A DNA stretch of 63,568 nucleotides, the filler included, from Phoronis australis (Eukaryota > Animalia > Phoronida), in the NCBI GenBank assembly GCA_002633005.1. It is 9 parts of 9 records of this genome, joined end to end, with 100 filler letters (N's around TTAATTAATTAA, not from the genome) between each part and the next. Parts side by side here need not be neighbours in the genome. Positions count along the whole stretch, not along the records: positions 61,532 to 63,568 come from NMRA01003883.1; 8 more parts are not named here. One strand, given 5' to 3'. The notes under the pieces were generated by a model. That model worked only from the letters and a program-made list of their open reading frames with translations. It had not been told where the DNA came from and did not search any database. Position 1 is the first letter of the stretch; each line of letters opens with the position of its first letter. The position numbers were made by a program, and so were the translations under genes. Of this stretch, positions 62,093 through 63,568 are shown one piece after another.

Positions 62093-62490
62093 ATGGCAAC
62101 TCGCAATCCCGACTTAGGAAGAGCTAGAGCTCATCAGTCCCGACTTCGCAGGTGGGTCGTTAAGTTTTAGAGGCTATCAATTCGAACAGGAATACAGTGA
62201 TGAAGAAATACTAGAGAGGTGCCGTGAACAAGCTCAGACAATGGAACGTATGGAGTTATTTGGTAAGCCGGCATTCGTCAGGCGCTGTCGACGTCTGCAG
62301 GCCACAGACATGGAGATGTTTCTCGGCCTCATACTTGCTACTTACAGCGTACATTTCATTCTTCACCACCATGAGCCACTTCCTAAGCATTTCGAACTCT
62401 CGAGGAAGTAAAAAAAAAACTATATACCCGCTTTCCTCGCAGCTGCTTAGTTCGGACAAGCGGGAACAATGCACCGCAACATAGCGGCAT
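62093..62490. mobile_element. Kolobok-like relic: minus-strand THAP exon converging on a plus-strand YQFE-type exon
   Basis: Minus 62490-62256: MPLC/VAVHCS...FFLLPREFEMLRKWLMVVK...HVCGLQ (decayed THAP). Plus 62093-62262: MATRNPDL/EELEL...RGYQFEQEYSDEEI...|gtaagc. Confidence 0.55.
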
Positions 62491-63493
62491 TCACTCTGCA
62501 TATGAACCCCGGCTTAGCTAGCGTCGTTTCTCACCTTTCTCACAGGTTAACGCGACACCTCTTGGCAAGGTAAGGTCGACCATATGCGAGGCGATGTGGA
62601 TATAGACCGATTANAAGACGGCAAAAAAGACTAATTAAATCGGGTGGCATTCTCCTTTAATCTTAACACTTGAACATGACACAAGAGTGCAAGGGTACTT
62701 GAGACGAGAGGACCTGCCATCAGGAATTGCATGCCTTTACAAAAGAAGCTGGCAGCTTCACTAGAGGGATGATCGTGTCCATAAATAAGCGAAGACTGGC
62801 CAAGCAGCAATGAACATGAAGCACAGGAGAAGGTAGATTTACCTGGGTTAACACGCCGCAATCATCATTGGATTTATAACTAACAGACTTTAAACGTTTG
62901 TTTATTTTAATCATCAAAATAATCATTTCATACAGAGCTGGAGGCATAGGATCGGTGACGCAACCCCATGGTTTCAATATCACTATTAATATTACGTACA
63001 GTTTCAGATAACATATGACTGCTACATGCAGAGGTATATCCACCAGTGCAGGGATCAAAGGGTATGGGTGAATTAACCCACACAGCCTTAAGTATTTGGG
63101 CCAATTTGGAGGACCTATGGGCAATACTAGTTTTTTGTCCTTTTTTGCTCCTAATTTTAATGGGCCGGTTGGCCCGACTTAAGCCATCACAGTGTGTCTA
63201 TGAAATAACTTTTTTATATCAATGACAAATTATACGTGTTCACAGATTACACCAAACCATTGATATCCCAAGCGCTATACACAGCTACATGATGGATTCA
63301 GAGTCAGACACAGTAAGTGCAGTACTTGTTTCACATTGTAATCTTGTATTTGACAACGAGATCCAGTAAACCATTTCAGAGCACACTACTTTTATTACAC
63401 AATTTTATTGATCGCAATTGAACGGTAAAAAGTGATCACTAGTCGTCTTGTGTTAGGAATAAAGTGTCTTGGGTTGTCAACAGCTCTGTAGGT

Positions 63494-63568
63494 GGCACTG
63501 TCATCCATATGTTTATGTGGATGGCACTGTCATCCATATGTTTATGTGGATGGCACTGTCATCCATAT
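63494..63568. repeat. 29-bp minisatellite running off the window end
   Basis: GGCACTGTCATCCATATGTTTATGTGGAT x ~2.6. Confidence 0.9.

Overview
This is AT-rich, intron-containing animal genomic DNA, most likely from a marine invertebrate; the taxon cannot be fixed from this window. It is not one locus. Eight artificial 100-nt linkers (44 N + TTAATTAATTAA + 44 N) join nine separate contigs, and there are two true N gaps. Host gene fragments are RACK1 (2 exons around a GC-AG intron), one fibrinogen-related-domain exon, an intronless galactose-3-O-sulfotransferase-family gene broken by a 4-bp duplication, MAST kinase (2 exons), NCBP1 (last 2 exons), DNTTIP1 (5 exons plus a partial one) and one divergent kinase exon. 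Most of the rest is a transposon graveyard. It includes Penelope-like elements with 3' hammerhead-ribozyme-like motifs, an RTE-X LINE, an AcademX-type transposon, a Harbinger transposase exon and MITEs, several CAG/CAT-ended elements with 5-bp TSDs, THAP/Kolobok-like relics, a Helentron-type element, and mini/microsatellites. The strongest non-obvious signal is an intronic SNORD96-like C/D snoRNA whose C and D boxes carry a compensatory U-A pair. I saw no prokaryotic system, CRISPR array, tRNA or rRNA. Family assignments come from recalled motifs, not database searches.
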